This document shows positions 1 through 9,372 of a stretch of 64,000 nt of DNA, in pieces. The stretch's first letter is position 1, and each line of letters begins with the position of its first letter. The stretch spans positions 12,182 through 76,181 of the IMG/VR virus record IMGVR_UViG_3300012928_003129; one strand, written 5' to 3'. The notes below the pieces were generated by a model that searched no databases, had not been told where the DNA came from, and saw only the letters and a list, made by a program, of their open reading frames with translations. A program made the translations under genes and the position numbers. The stretch is from a virus.

Positions 1-15
1 ATTGCCTGTCTCTTT

Positions 16-204
16 ATGAACGAATATAATATAGACCCTTCTAGTATTGAACTACACCTGGATGTTAGTCCATTTGGGGCGAATAACGGCACTTCACGCT
101 ACTCTGACATGCTAAAAGGGTATGTGCAGGGGTTTGGTGTGGAATATCGCTTAAAACCGGATGCTTGGGCTTCTCAAACAATAGCGGATAAACATTCAAA
201 ATGA
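16..204 (+). CDS. hypothetical protein (probably 5'-truncated; frame open from base 1)
   Basis: ORF track; stop overlaps next start (ATGA). Confidence 0.5.
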   Translation: MNEYNIDPSSIELHLDVSPFGANNGTSRYSDMLKGYVQGFGVEYRLKPDAWASQTIADKHSK

Positions 205-536
205 AATCAAGAGGTAATTTAGAAAATTCAAAAAGCTTTTTTCAGGAAGTTTATTCTGTATCTAATGATGATCTTGTTGATGTGTGGATAGAGAGTTTCC
301 ATCCCTTTGGAACTGTGCTTGTTCTCTTTGATGTCGGTAAACATTTTAAAACTCTTCAAGACTGTGGAATATTATGCTCTCAATTAAACGCATATGACAA
401 CAAAATTCTTACAATAGTCTTTCCAAGCGTAAAAGATGCTCTAAAAACGATGGACACGATAAAATCATCAGGGATTTCACCAATTATATACTTATATGAC
501 AACGGAAAATTAATTTTGGACAACATAGAGCCTTAA
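201..536 (+). CDS. hypothetical protein
   Basis: 111-aa ORF coupled to upstream gene. Confidence 0.6.
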   Translation: MKSRGNLENSKSFFQEVYSVSNDDLVDVWIESFHPFGTVLVLFDVGKHFKTLQDCGILCSQLNAYDNKILTIVFPSVKDALKTMDTIKSSGISPIIYLYDNGKLILDNIEP

Positions 537-538
537 AA

Positions 539-546
539 ACTATTTA
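539..546 (+). promoter_or_regulatory. putative phage late promoter ACTATTTA
   Basis: Recurrent intergenic 8-mer (see findings). Confidence 0.5.
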
Positions 547-568
547 GTTGTGGTCCGGAGACCGGGAA

Positions 569-964
569 ATGATAAGAGTAAGAATAGTGCCAAATGATAT
601 AAAGACTGTTGCGAAAGTTATTTTAATTGACGATGACGATAAAGTGCTTTTCCTGAAAAGATCAGATTACATGGAAAAATTTGCAGGAGATTGGGACCTT
701 CCTGGTGGACATCTAAAGCAAAATGAGAGTTTGTTTGATGGACTGTCTAGAGAAGTCAAGGAGGAGACAGGATTGATTGTCAAAAATCCAAAATTAGTAG
801 AAATACAGGCAAACTTACACTTTTTTTGTGCAAAATACAATGCTGATCCGATTAAAATAAGCCATGAGCACACGGAGTTCAAGTTTTTTGAAAAAAACGA
901 GCTTAATGAAAAAGAAAAGTTTCAAAAAGTAGCCCTTAAGGCCCTGGAGATGAAAAATGATTAA
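569..964 (+). CDS. NUDIX hydrolase
   Basis: Nudix box GGHLKQNESLFDGLSREVKEETGL; ATG 569 preferred to TTG 548. Confidence 0.9.
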   Translation: MIRVRIVPNDIKTVAKVILIDDDDKVLFLKRSDYMEKFAGDWDLPGGHLKQNESLFDGLSREVKEETGLIVKNPKLVEIQANLHFFCAKYNADPIKISHEHTEFKFFEKNELNEKEKFQKVALKALEMKND

Positions 965-1760
965 ATTTTCTATCAAAAAGCAAGATTTCGATTTTAATAC
1001 TGGTTTATTAAAGCCGAAAGACACACTTTACCCTAAAATATGGAAAAATAACAAAATCGATCCAATTGTAGCAAGAAAATTAATGAAAATCGCAGACGAT
1101 GTTATCAGATCACTAGAAATAGAAGAACATGTTGATGATATCATAATTACAGGCTCGATTGCTTCCTATAATTGGCATGAAATGTCAGATATTGACCTTC
1201 ACATTATGTTGGACTTCGATAAGATTGATAAAAACTTTGATTTGGTTAAAAAAATGCTAGATCAAACAAGAATTAACTGGAACAAGAAACATAATATTTT
1301 TATTCACGGAAAAGAGGTCGAATTATACTTTCAACACTATACAGAAACCCATGAAGCTAACGGTATATGGTCTCTAGAGATAGGGAAATGGTTGGCAAAC
1401 CCAGTAAGACTTGATCCTGAAATAGATATTGTAACCACAGAGAAAAAAGCAGAAGCAATAGCGATGCAGATAGAGCACTTGTTTGATATGTTTCACCAGC
1501 AAAAATTTAAAGAAACATATGAGTATGCAGATAAAGTAAAAGTCAAAATTGCAAGAATGAGACAGTTAGGATTATCGGATCAAGGTATTTATTCTCCAGA
1601 AAACCTTGCGTTTAAGATGTTGAGAAACGCCGGATACTTAGAAAAACTTTCTGCACTCAAAATTGAAGCGTATGACCGCATGATGTCTCTTAGCCTCAAG
1701 TCGAAGTCGATAGATGAAAACAAGGTGTGGAGAAACTATTTAAATCAGGGGGATAAGTGA
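957..1760 (+). CDS. DNA polymerase beta-superfamily nucleotidyltransferase
   Basis: hGS...SDIDL motif (ITGSIASYNW..SDIDLHI) and third acidic residue in EVELY. Confidence 0.75.
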   Translation: MIKFSIKKQDFDFNTGLLKPKDTLYPKIWKNNKIDPIVARKLMKIADDVIRSLEIEEHVDDIIITGSIASYNWHEMSDIDLHIMLDFDKIDKNFDLVKKMLDQTRINWNKKHNIFIHGKEVELYFQHYTETHEANGIWSLEIGKWLANPVRLDPEIDIVTTEKKAEAIAMQIEHLFDMFHQQKFKETYEYADKVKVKIARMRQLGLSDQGIYSPENLAFKMLRNAGYLEKLSALKIEAYDRMMSLSLKSKSIDENKVWRNYLNQGDK

Positions 1761-2030
1761 ATGGCTTCTCAAAGACGTGGAAAATATGTATTCAGAGTAA
1801 CAAAAGTTAAAAAATATCTTCGTACTCTTTATTCAAATTCTGAAGATGTGATGGCAGAAATTAAAGACTATTTTCGAAACCAACAAGATGAAGATTATTT
1901 AGCTTTTGATGATCATCCACTTTCTGATATAGAATCGTTAATGGATCCTGATAAGCCCGCACCGTGGGATCATCTTACAAACAATGAAGATGACGAAGAT
2001 GTAGATATTGACATAAAGGAAGAAGAATGA
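1761..2030 (+). CDS. hypothetical protein, acidic C-terminus
   Basis: ORF abutting upstream stop; ACTATTTA at 1735-1742. Confidence 0.55.
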   Translation: MASQRRGKYVFRVTKVKKYLRTLYSNSEDVMAEIKDYFRNQQDEDYLAFDDHPLSDIESLMDPDKPAPWDHLTNNEDDEDVDIDIKEEE

Positions 2031-2209
2031 ATTTTTTAGATTGGATGAATATGAACATGATATTGGACATAGCTTTTCTTGTTTTTTCTGTAGCGATAGT
2101 TTGGAAATTCAGGAATTTGGAGAAAAAACTTTTGAAAACCCAAAAAGACTTAGAACTTACAATGAAAAACCCGCTAGCAGCTAAAAGATCGTTAAAAGTG
2201 AGAAGATAA
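2027..2209 (+). CDS. small single-TM membrane protein
   Basis: Hydrophobic ILDIAFLVFSVAIVW followed by basic coiled coil. Confidence 0.55.
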   Translation: MNFLDWMNMNMILDIAFLVFSVAIVWKFRNLEKKLLKTQKDLELTMKNPLAAKRSLKVRR

Positions 2210-2248
2210 TCTGGTACCCTTACAGTGTAATCACTGAAAGGATACAAA

Positions 2249-3256
2249 ATGATTGCTGATGTTGTAGTGGACTTACAGTATGGAGACTGTGGCAAGGGGA
2301 AAATTGCGCATGCACTCTGCAAGGAAAATAAGTATACACATGTAATTAGATATAATGGCGGATGTAATGCAGGTCACACCATTTATCATAATGGGAAAAA
2401 ATTTGTTACACACCACATACCATGTGGTGTTTTTTTTGGTATTAAATCAATTATTGGCCCGGGCTGTGTTGTTCACGTAGAAACTTTCTTAAAAGAAATT
2501 GAAGAACTGGAAGAAGCTGGAATCCCTGCAAAGAAGCTAGTTCACGTTGCTACAAACGCACATCTAATAACCGACTTTCACAGGGCCCAGGATGGCAAAG
2601 ACGAAGAAATCGGCACAACAAAAAGAGGTAATGGACCAGCATACAGAGATAAATATGATAGAAAAGGCGTCCGCGCAATGCATGACCCCAGGCTACAACC
2701 ATATATTATTAGCATGTATCACGAACTTTACGAAAACGAGGATTATAATGAAATTGAAATACTTTTTGAAGGGGCCCAAGGATTTGGCCTCGATATTGAT
2801 TGGGGTGACTATCCTTATGTTACTTCTTCGCATTGTACTGTTGGCTCTGCACTGTTAAATGGCGTTCCTCCAAAGTGTATTAGAAACATTTGGGGAGTTG
2901 CTAAAATATATGAAACTTATGTTGGCGCAAAGTCTTTTGAAGGTCCCGATGAAATTTTTGATACAATTAGAGATATTGGCCAAGAATACGGTGCCACAAC
3001 CGGGCGACCACGCCAAATTAACTGGTTAGACTATGAAATGTTGAAAATGGCAACCAGAATCAATGGATGCACCAAAGTCGTATTTAACAAAATGGATGTG
3101 TTGGAAGGATTAGATGCTTGGTGCTTATATGATGGGCCCAATCTATATCAATTTGAAACCAGATCAGACATTGAGCTTTGGCTTTCTGGAAAGTTAGAAT
3201 TAGAAGTCGATGATAATATAGATGTTATGTTTTCTGGAGATAAAGAATTTATTTAA
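2249..3256 (+). CDS. purA: adenylosuccinate synthetase (short form)
   Basis: QYGDCGKGK, RYNGGCNAGHT, GTTKRGNGPAY, EGAQG, YPYVTSS, TTGRPR motifs. Confidence 0.97.
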   Translation: MIADVVVDLQYGDCGKGKIAHALCKENKYTHVIRYNGGCNAGHTIYHNGKKFVTHHIPCGVFFGIKSIIGPGCVVHVETFLKEIEELEEAGIPAKKLVHVATNAHLITDFHRAQDGKDEEIGTTKRGNGPAYRDKYDRKGVRAMHDPRLQPYIISMYHELYENEDYNEIEILFEGAQGFGLDIDWGDYPYVTSSHCTVGSALLNGVPPKCIRNIWGVAKIYETYVGAKSFEGPDEIFDTIRDIGQEYGATTGRPRQINWLDYEMLKMATRINGCTKVVFNKMDVLEGLDAWCLYDGPNLYQFETRSDIELWLSGKLELEVDDNIDVMFSGDKEFI

Positions 3257-3258
3257 TT

Positions 3259-3266
3259 ACTATTTA
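3259..3266 (+). promoter_or_regulatory. putative late promoter ACTATTTA, 4 nt before ATG
   Basis: Recurrent motif with fixed spacing. Confidence 0.55.
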
Positions 3267-3270
3267 ATAT

Positions 3271-3468
3271 ATGAGCATCAAAAGCGAAAATATATCCAAT
3301 GATTATATTATAGATCATGCAGAGCAGATGCATGAAGAATATGATGGAAATGTGCCTGATGATGCAAAAACAATTCCTTTTCGTTTCATGGTGCAGGGTC
3401 CCTTCAATATAAGATTGCAGCCTTTACAAAATCATTACAAAACTTTTCTCGGAGAACAAAAAACCTAA
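3271..3468 (+). CDS. hypothetical protein
   Basis: 65-aa ORF after the motif. Confidence 0.5.
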   Translation: MSIKSENISNDYIIDHAEQMHEEYDGNVPDDAKTIPFRFMVQGPFNIRLQPLQNHYKTFLGEQKT

Positions 3469-3469
3469 A

Positions 3470-3477
3470 ACTATTTA
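3470..3477 (+). promoter_or_regulatory. putative late promoter ACTATTTA
   Basis: Recurrent motif, followed by GAGG and ATG 3500. Confidence 0.55.
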
Positions 3478-3499
3478 CATTTAGAGGTTTTTGTATAAG

Positions 3500-4816
3500 A
3501 TGATTGATAAATTAAAACCATTATTGGGCAAATTATGTTCCTTTTCCCAGAAAAGACTAGGCTTTTCTCATCCTCCAAAACTTTTTTTAAAAAGCGATTC
3601 AGAGAATGCTGAAAAAACATTGGGAAAAACAGCACATTATGATCCGAATAATTCCTCAATCACTCTTTTCACTACTGGAAGACACCCGAAAGATATTCTA
3701 AGATCTTTTTCGCACGAACTAGTTCATCATGCACAAAATCTCAGGGGTGACCTAGCGCCGGAAAAAATGACCAGTACTGGTGCTAATTATGCCCAAGAAT
3801 GTCCACACATGAGAAATATGGAAAAAGAGGCCTATTTAAAGGGTAACATGTGTTTTCGTGACTGGGAAGATCAATATAAACTAACAGAATCGGAGTCAAA
3901 ATTTTTAAAGGAGAATAAAACAATGACCACAAAGATAACAAAGGACTTTTTAAAAGAACAGATAAAAAGTGCCATAAAAGAATTTGAATTAAGAGGGCAA
4001 GGAAAATATAGTGATTACATGTCTAGCCTAGGCTCGGACTCTATCAAGTATCAAGGCACTGGTACACAAACCCCACCAGCGAAAAAGCCGGTTGCCAAAA
4101 AAAAGCCAGATCTTAGCAACACTGTGATATCTCATTTACAGGATTTTAAAACTCACGTACACAAAAAATATGGAGTTATGCCAGACTTTTCAGACAGTGG
4201 TGGATTTAAATCTGCTTTTGCAGATGCTAAAGCATTGAAAGTGCCTTTCTTTTACTTTGGACCTGGTAAGTATAAAATTTATGCAACCGGTCTAGGAAAG
4301 GACCCACTCAGTCTAGATGATCTTAAAGCTAAATATCAAGAATACGGCGATGAAGCTATGGCTCAGATTGAGCCTGAGATTGATAATTTAGCTGCTACAT
4401 TGAACCCGAAAAAAGAGAAGCCCGTCGTCGGCTCGCCCTTAGAGGAGACTGATGAAATAGAAGAAGGTGGTTGTGGCAAAGGTGGTTTAGGTAGACGAAC
4501 AGATGATAAAGTTAAAGAAACTAAAGGCATTGAAGAAAAGAAAAAATGCCCGGGTAAAAGCTGCCCGGGCTGCCCGGAGTGTAAGCCAGGGCTAAAAAAT
4601 GAACAAGAAGAGTTAGAAGAAAAGAAGACCAAGAAAAAGAAAAAGAAAAAAGGTAAATACGACGATGGCGATGGCAAAGATGAAAAGTGCGATTATGTTC
4701 CATGTAAAGAGTCTGTGATTCAAACGCCGGAGCAGGAAAATACTCTTTATGAGCAAAGATTTACTCCAAAGAACAATAGACTATTTGAAAAACTTCTCCA
4801 AGAATGGACAAAGTAA
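3500..4816 (+). CDS. HExxH zincin-like domain plus Lys/Glu/Cys-rich modular C-terminus
   Basis: RSFSHELVHHAQ...MEKEAY; low-complexity tail with CPGKSCPGCPEC. Confidence 0.65.
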   Translation: MIDKLKPLLGKLCSFSQKRLGFSHPPKLFLKSDSENAEKTLGKTAHYDPNNSSITLFTTGRHPKDILRSFSHELVHHAQNLRGDLAPEKMTSTGANYAQECPHMRNMEKEAYLKGNMCFRDWEDQYKLTESESKFLKENKTMTTKITKDFLKEQIKSAIKEFELRGQGKYSDYMSSLGSDSIKYQGTGTQTPPAKKPVAKKKPDLSNTVISHLQDFKTHVHKKYGVMPDFSDSGGFKSAFADAKALKVPFFYFGPGKYKIYATGLGKDPLSLDDLKAKYQEYGDEAMAQIEPEIDNLAATLNPKKEKPVVGSPLEETDEIEEGGCGKGGLGRRTDDKVKETKGIEEKKKCPGKSCPGCPECKPGLKNEQEELEEKKTKKKKKKKGKYDDGDGKDEKCDYVPCKESVIQTPEQENTLYEQRFTPKNNRLFEKLLQEWTK

Positions 4817-4830
4817 TATAGGGTAAAGAC

Positions 4831-7800
4831 ATGGATAATAAATTGCTCTTAGAAGGTGGCGTCGGTGGACACATGAACCACCCTTATGACATAGATGATC
4901 TCACTTTTGGAGATCTAAAAGATATGCTAAGGGCTGCAGCAAATGGTGAACTGCAAGGATCCGAAAAGACTGACGGTCAAAATTTATATATAACTTTTGA
5001 CGTAGAATCCCAAAAAGCAAAAGCAATTAGAAATCAAACCCAAATCAAAGCAGGTGGGCTGACACCCGAACAACTGGATGATTTCTTCTCCAGCCACCCA
5101 GCGCAAGCCCTAAGATACAGTTTTGTAGAGGCTTTATCAACTTTTGAGAATTTTGCTATAGAGCTGACGAGAGAGACACAGCTAGAAATCTTTGGACCTG
5201 ATGGGGCGATTTATTTTAACACCGAAATAATGAACCCTGGGACTCCTGGTTTTGATAAAGATGATCCTAGAGGCATGGGTACCAAGAACGTTATACCGTA
5301 TGATAAAAAAACTATCCTTGTACACCCTTCTGGGCATAAAGAGTTCGAGAGAGAAACTGCAAAAGATTTAGAAACTAACCTCATTTCAAATTATAGAACA
5401 CTTAAATCAGCATTAGAAGGTAAACAAGTAGAGGATCCGGGGATTTTTTCAATAGAGACGCATCCTCTTAGAAAATTACATCCAAAAGGGCTAGAAAAAG
5501 CAAATAACTTACTTCCTAGAACAATTTCACAAATTGACAATATTGTAAAAGATGCTAGCGCTACTGATGATACTCCTATTGTTAGATACGTTATAGATCA
5601 AGTCAAAGCTGATATAAATACTGCAACACCGGGCCTAAGTGAGGAGAGACTCGAAGACTTAGCTACAAAATTTCTAAAGTTATGTAAAAGAACGGATGGC
5701 GAACCCGGGTATCTGAGATGTGGCGACAAGAAGAATAAAAAATTTATAAAACCAAACGAAAATATAAGAAACTTGATCGCTGGTCTGTCCGGAGATGAAC
5801 TACAAGGAATAAAGTCTTTTGCATCATCATTTTCAGAAGGAAGATACCGACGACCTTTAGCCATGGCCCTTGCAGATTTTACTAATGCAATTCTTGATGG
5901 GTTTGACTCTTCTTTTATTTCTGATAATGAAAAACAATTAAATTCACTAAAGGGTGAACTTAGCAAAGTTGTGAAGCAAATTGCTAAATCAGACAATGAG
6001 GCTGCAAAAGATGGACTTAGAATCGAATTGGAGAAGTTGAAAAATATAGATAATATCAATACTCCTTCTGAGGGTTTTGTCTTTGACTTCAAAGGGGAAG
6101 AGTTTAAGTTCACAGGCGCTTTTTCGCCAATGAATCAAATATTGGGCATGCCTAAGTTTAAAAGATATGGAGAAATAGCCCCTATGGAGACAATAGCGGT
6201 CTTTCCTGGCTCTTTTAAGCCTCCACATAGGGGACACTTAGAAGTTGTTAAAGCAATCTCTCAAAACGCCGATAAGACACTCGTGATTGTATCTAGGCCA
6301 ACACAAAATCAGAGAACTCTTCCTTTATCTGGAAAAATTATTGGATCCACAGAAGCCATAAACCTTATGAGAGCAATGCTTGAGGGTACTGGTCTCGAAG
6401 ATAAAGTTGAAGTGTTGTCAGGGGCAGATGCTTCTCCGATGATGACTACGATAAAATACGTCACCTTTCCAGCGGATGAAGAAAATCCTCTTGTAGCCCC
6501 AGAAAATGCTGAGATTATTCTTGGTGTTGGAGAAAAAGGTGATGATGCTAAACGTTATTCTGGTCTCCCGGAAAAGGTTAGAGAAAAAAGGCCCGATTTG
6601 GATCTTGAGACTACTCCAACCCCTGCAGTTTCTCATGATAAACAATATCTTTCTTTGCTTCAAAGTGAACAGTATTCAGATATTTTAGAGAAAATGCCAA
6701 GTAAAAGCTCAGGTGCTGGTATACAACTTTTTCATGCATCTGATATGAGATTTCTTATGGATTTGGCTGCACAGGATCTTAGAGCAGTAAACCTTCTTGC
6801 TGATTTTGTTGGAGGTATAGAAAAGGTGCCAAGTGTTTTAGATGCAGTTGGCATTGTTCCAGCGACACAGTCCAGCCCAGAAGAAGACCAAGTTGAAGAG
6901 CCGGAACTTGAAGGCCCACCAGAGGATGAAGTCAATGCAGATGATCTTGCGGAGATTGTCTATGAAGAAACCATGAAAGTTTTCGAAGCATTCAAATCAC
7001 AAAAAGCGCCGAAAGCTAGACCTTCGAAGGGTAAGTTTCAGCGAAGAATGCGCAAAAGGCTTTCTAAGGCTCATAGAACCTATTTAGATATGGGCAGAAA
7101 AGATTTAACAAAACACGGTGGTGGTTTTAGGAAAAATAGAAAAAAAGATATTTCAAATGCTTTTTTGGCTGAGGATGAAATAGAGGAATTAAGTTCTGTT
7201 GCTTCCGGAGCAATACAAATGGCCCCAGCAGTAAAGCGAGATTATAATGCTACAAGGAATGATAAAAAAATGAACAAAAAAGAACAAATACTTCGAAAGA
7301 AGATAAGAATCAGTCTTCAAGAATTCTTTAACACAAAATCAAAAGAGCATGAAACTACAGTTGCTAAAATACTTGAAGAGCACGAACTTAGGATGCAGTT
7401 GAGAGAGATCATTTTAGAACAAACTCTTAATGAAGCAGAAGATCCCACAACTGATGTTCATGATAATACTGGCATTAACACTTTAAAAGATTTAATGAAA
7501 AACACAAACGTATTAGCAACCTTAAGAACAGTTTATAAGACTTTAACAACTGATGAAAATCAAAAGAAATCTTTTAGAGCACACATTATAAAGTGGACTC
7601 AAGATACATTAGCGCCAGTCAAACTGAATGACACTGACGCTGAAGCTGTGAATGAACAGGTTGGTGTTGATATAGAAGGTGTAAATGATGATATGTTCAT
7701 TGATGCTAGCGACGGCTCAGAAAAAGATAACCCTGATGTCCCTGAAGAAGAAAATGAAAAGATGCAAGCAATTTCCGGAGAAGATACCACTGGGCGAAAT

Positions 7801-8055
7801 AAGGCCGAAAGAGTTTATCCTTCAATAGAAAAATCAATAATTGACTACTACGCAGAATTGGACAATCCAGAAGATCAAGAAATGTTTTATGACTATTTGA
7901 TTGCTAACTTAAAATTGTATTTTGATAAATGGGACGGCGAGATGTCAAAGGCGGTCGATGAGCCAACAAATAGCGTCTACAAGCAAGCGGCTATGACCGC
8001 GGCAAATGCCCAAGGTCCAGATCCAATCAGCGGTGATGAGCCTGTTGAGCTTTAA
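4831..8055 (+). CDS. multidomain protein: KxDG ligase-like nucleotidyltransferase + HxGH cytidylyltransferase-like domain + acidic C-terminus
   Basis: SEKTDGQNL, EGFVF, FKFTG; FPGSFKPPHRGH; HASDMR. Confidence 0.7.
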   Translation: MDNKLLLEGGVGGHMNHPYDIDDLTFGDLKDMLRAAANGELQGSEKTDGQNLYITFDVESQKAKAIRNQTQIKAGGLTPEQLDDFFSSHPAQALRYSFVEALSTFENFAIELTRETQLEIFGPDGAIYFNTEIMNPGTPGFDKDDPRGMGTKNVIPYDKKTILVHPSGHKEFERETAKDLETNLISNYRTLKSALEGKQVEDPGIFSIETHPLRKLHPKGLEKANNLLPRTISQIDNIVKDASATDDTPIVRYVIDQVKADINTATPGLSEERLEDLATKFLKLCKRTDGEPGYLRCGDKKNKKFIKPNENIRNLIAGLSGDELQGIKSFASSFSEGRYRRPLAMALADFTNAILDGFDSSFISDNEKQLNSLKGELSKVVKQIAKSDNEAAKDGLRIELEKLKNIDNINTPSEGFVFDFKGEEFKFTGAFSPMNQILGMPKFKRYGEIAPMETIAVFPGSFKPPHRGHLEVVKAISQNADKTLVIVSRPTQNQRTLPLSGKIIGSTEAINLMRAMLEGTGLEDKVEVLSGADASPMMTTIKYVTFPADEENPLVAPENAEIILGVGEKGDDAKRYSGLPEKVREKRPDLDLETTPTPAVSHDKQYLSLLQSEQYSDILEKMPSKSSGAGIQLFHASDMRFLMDLAAQDLRAVNLLADFVGGIEKVPSVLDAVGIVPATQSSPEEDQVEEPELEGPPEDEVNADDLAEIVYEETMKVFEAFKSQKAPKARPSKGKFQRRMRKRLSKAHRTYLDMGRKDLTKHGGGFRKNRKKDISNAFLAEDEIEELSSVASGAIQMAPAVKRDYNATRNDKKMNKKEQILRKKIRISLQEFFNTKSKEHETTVAKILEEHELRMQLREIILEQTLNEAEDPTTDVHDNTGINTLKDLMKNTNVLATLRTVYKTLTTDENQKKSFRAHIIKWTQDTLAPVKLNDTDAEAVNEQVGVDIEGVNDDMFIDASDGSEKDNPDVPEEENEKMQAISGEDTTGRNKAERVYPSIEKSIIDYYAELDNPEDQEMFYDYLIANLKLYFDKWDGEMSKAVDEPTNSVYKQAAMTAANAQGPDPISGDEPVEL

Positions 8056-8099
8056 TAAAATACTTGAATATTCTTTAACCGTATGTTACCCTGGGTAGG

Positions 8100-8501
8100 A
8101 TGGTTGGCAAAACAGCGATAAAAGATAATTCTTTAAAAGAAACTAAATTCTTTTCAGATAATAAAAACTATAATTTAAAAAATAAATTATTAAAAGAAAA
8201 GAAAATAGATATTAAATTTTTAGAACAATTATCTTTCATAACTTTAGAAGAATTAATTACATTAAAATTATTAGTTAGTACTGAAGGACTTAAAGGAAAA
8301 TTATATAATTTTCCTTTTTTCAAGTATACTTCTGATATATGTAAAGAAGCTGTTGTGCGATTTGCTCTATCAAAAGCCTCAAATAGAAAAGAAGTTTCTT
8401 TAATACTTGGAACAAAAAAAGCTGATATAGTAAAATATATTAGAGAGTATAATTTACTGGAGGATTACAATTATGATAGTAGAACAAAAAAGAGTAAATA
8501 A
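8100..8501 (+). CDS. putative Fis-type HTH DNA-binding protein
   Basis: C-terminal EAVVRFALSKASNRKEVSLILGTKKADIVKYIREYNL resembles Fis HTH. Confidence 0.5.
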   Translation: MVGKTAIKDNSLKETKFFSDNKNYNLKNKLLKEKKIDIKFLEQLSFITLEELITLKLLVSTEGLKGKLYNFPFFKYTSDICKEAVVRFALSKASNRKEVSLILGTKKADIVKYIREYNLLEDYNYDSRTKKSK

Positions 8502-8829
8502 ACCATGGGGCTATGAAATTATCTGGTCTCAATGTGAAAAGTTTGTGGGAAAAATTTTAACAATAAACTCAGGCCATAAACTTTCTAGGCAATATCACAA
8601 ACAAAAAGAAGAAACTATATTCGTTTTAACTGGAACTTTATTGCTGGAAGTTGGTATGGGTGAAAAGTTAGAAAAAATAGAACTTAGAAATGGTCAGTCT
8701 TTTCACGTCACACCCGGAACAGTACATCGATTCTGCGCACCATATGGAGATGTAGAATTGGCAGAAGTCAGTACACCAGAATTAGATGATGTTGTTAGAC
8801 TTGAAGACGATTATAACAGAGGCAACTAA
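8473..8829 (+). CDS. cupin-domain protein (mannose-6-P isomerase C-terminal-like)
   Basis: KPWG, LSRQYH..KEET, PGTVHRF, EVSTP, DDVVRLEDDY. Confidence 0.85.
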   Translation: MIVEQKRVNKPWGYEIIWSQCEKFVGKILTINSGHKLSRQYHKQKEETIFVLTGTLLLEVGMGEKLEKIELRNGQSFHVTPGTVHRFCAPYGDVELAEVSTPELDDVVRLEDDYNRGN

Positions 8830-8832
8830 TTA
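8825..8832 (+). promoter_or_regulatory. putative late promoter ACTAATTA
   Basis: Recurrent motif, followed by GGAGG and ATG 8856. Confidence 0.5.
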
Positions 8833-8855
8833 GTTTTAACCGCGGAGGAAAATAA

Positions 8856-9260
8856 ATGAAACTTATAATGGAAAATTGGAAAAGGTTCATAAAAGAAGTC
8901 AAAGTCCCACAAGGTAAGGACAGAGAATATTATATAGAAGACCCAAACTTATCTCTAACTGTAGAAACCAGCGATGGAAAGCAACATGTAATCAAAGCCT
9001 TAGAGATAGAAACAGGATGGTATGGAGACACCTCTCAGGGAGCCTTCAAATATTCGATAAATAACGAAGAATACACTTGGGAACTCACTTCAGGATGGTA
9101 TCCTGACGGTGCGGCCTGGAGAATACTAGAACATCTGGGAGAGGACGGTTCTGAAAATAATTCTGATGAACCAACTGAAATAGAAGAGACCATAGAAAGA
9201 TTTATAGAATCTCAAGTAAAAAGAAACCCCAATTACGAATTTGATGATGAATGGTACTAG
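8856..9260 (+). CDS. hypothetical acidic protein with MKLIMENWKRFIKE leader
   Basis: Strong SD GGAGG; 134-aa ORF. Confidence 0.7.
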   Translation: MKLIMENWKRFIKEVKVPQGKDREYYIEDPNLSLTVETSDGKQHVIKALEIETGWYGDTSQGAFKYSINNEEYTWELTSGWYPDGAAWRILEHLGEDGSENNSDEPTEIEETIERFIESQVKRNPNYEFDDEWY

Positions 9261-9266
9261 ATTAAA

Positions 9267-9274
9267 ACTAATTA
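9267..9274 (+). promoter_or_regulatory. putative late promoter ACTAATTA
   Basis: Recurrent motif upstream of peptide/EF-hand/tmRNA unit. Confidence 0.5.
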
Positions 9275-9292
9275 AGATAGGAGGATATTACT

Positions 9293-9361
9293 ATGAGTGA
9301 TACAAAGAAATGTAAATGCTGTGAATGTTGTACATGCGACTGTGATAAATGCACTGAATAG
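9293..9361 (+). CDS. 22-aa Cys-rich metallothionein-like peptide MSDTKKCKCCECCTCDCDKCTE
   Basis: AGGAGG SD upstream of ATG; fills the intergenic gap; 8/22 Cys; not in ORF track. Confidence 0.7.
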   Translation: MSDTKKCKCCECCTCDCDKCTE

Positions 9362-9372
9362 GGAGATAAACA

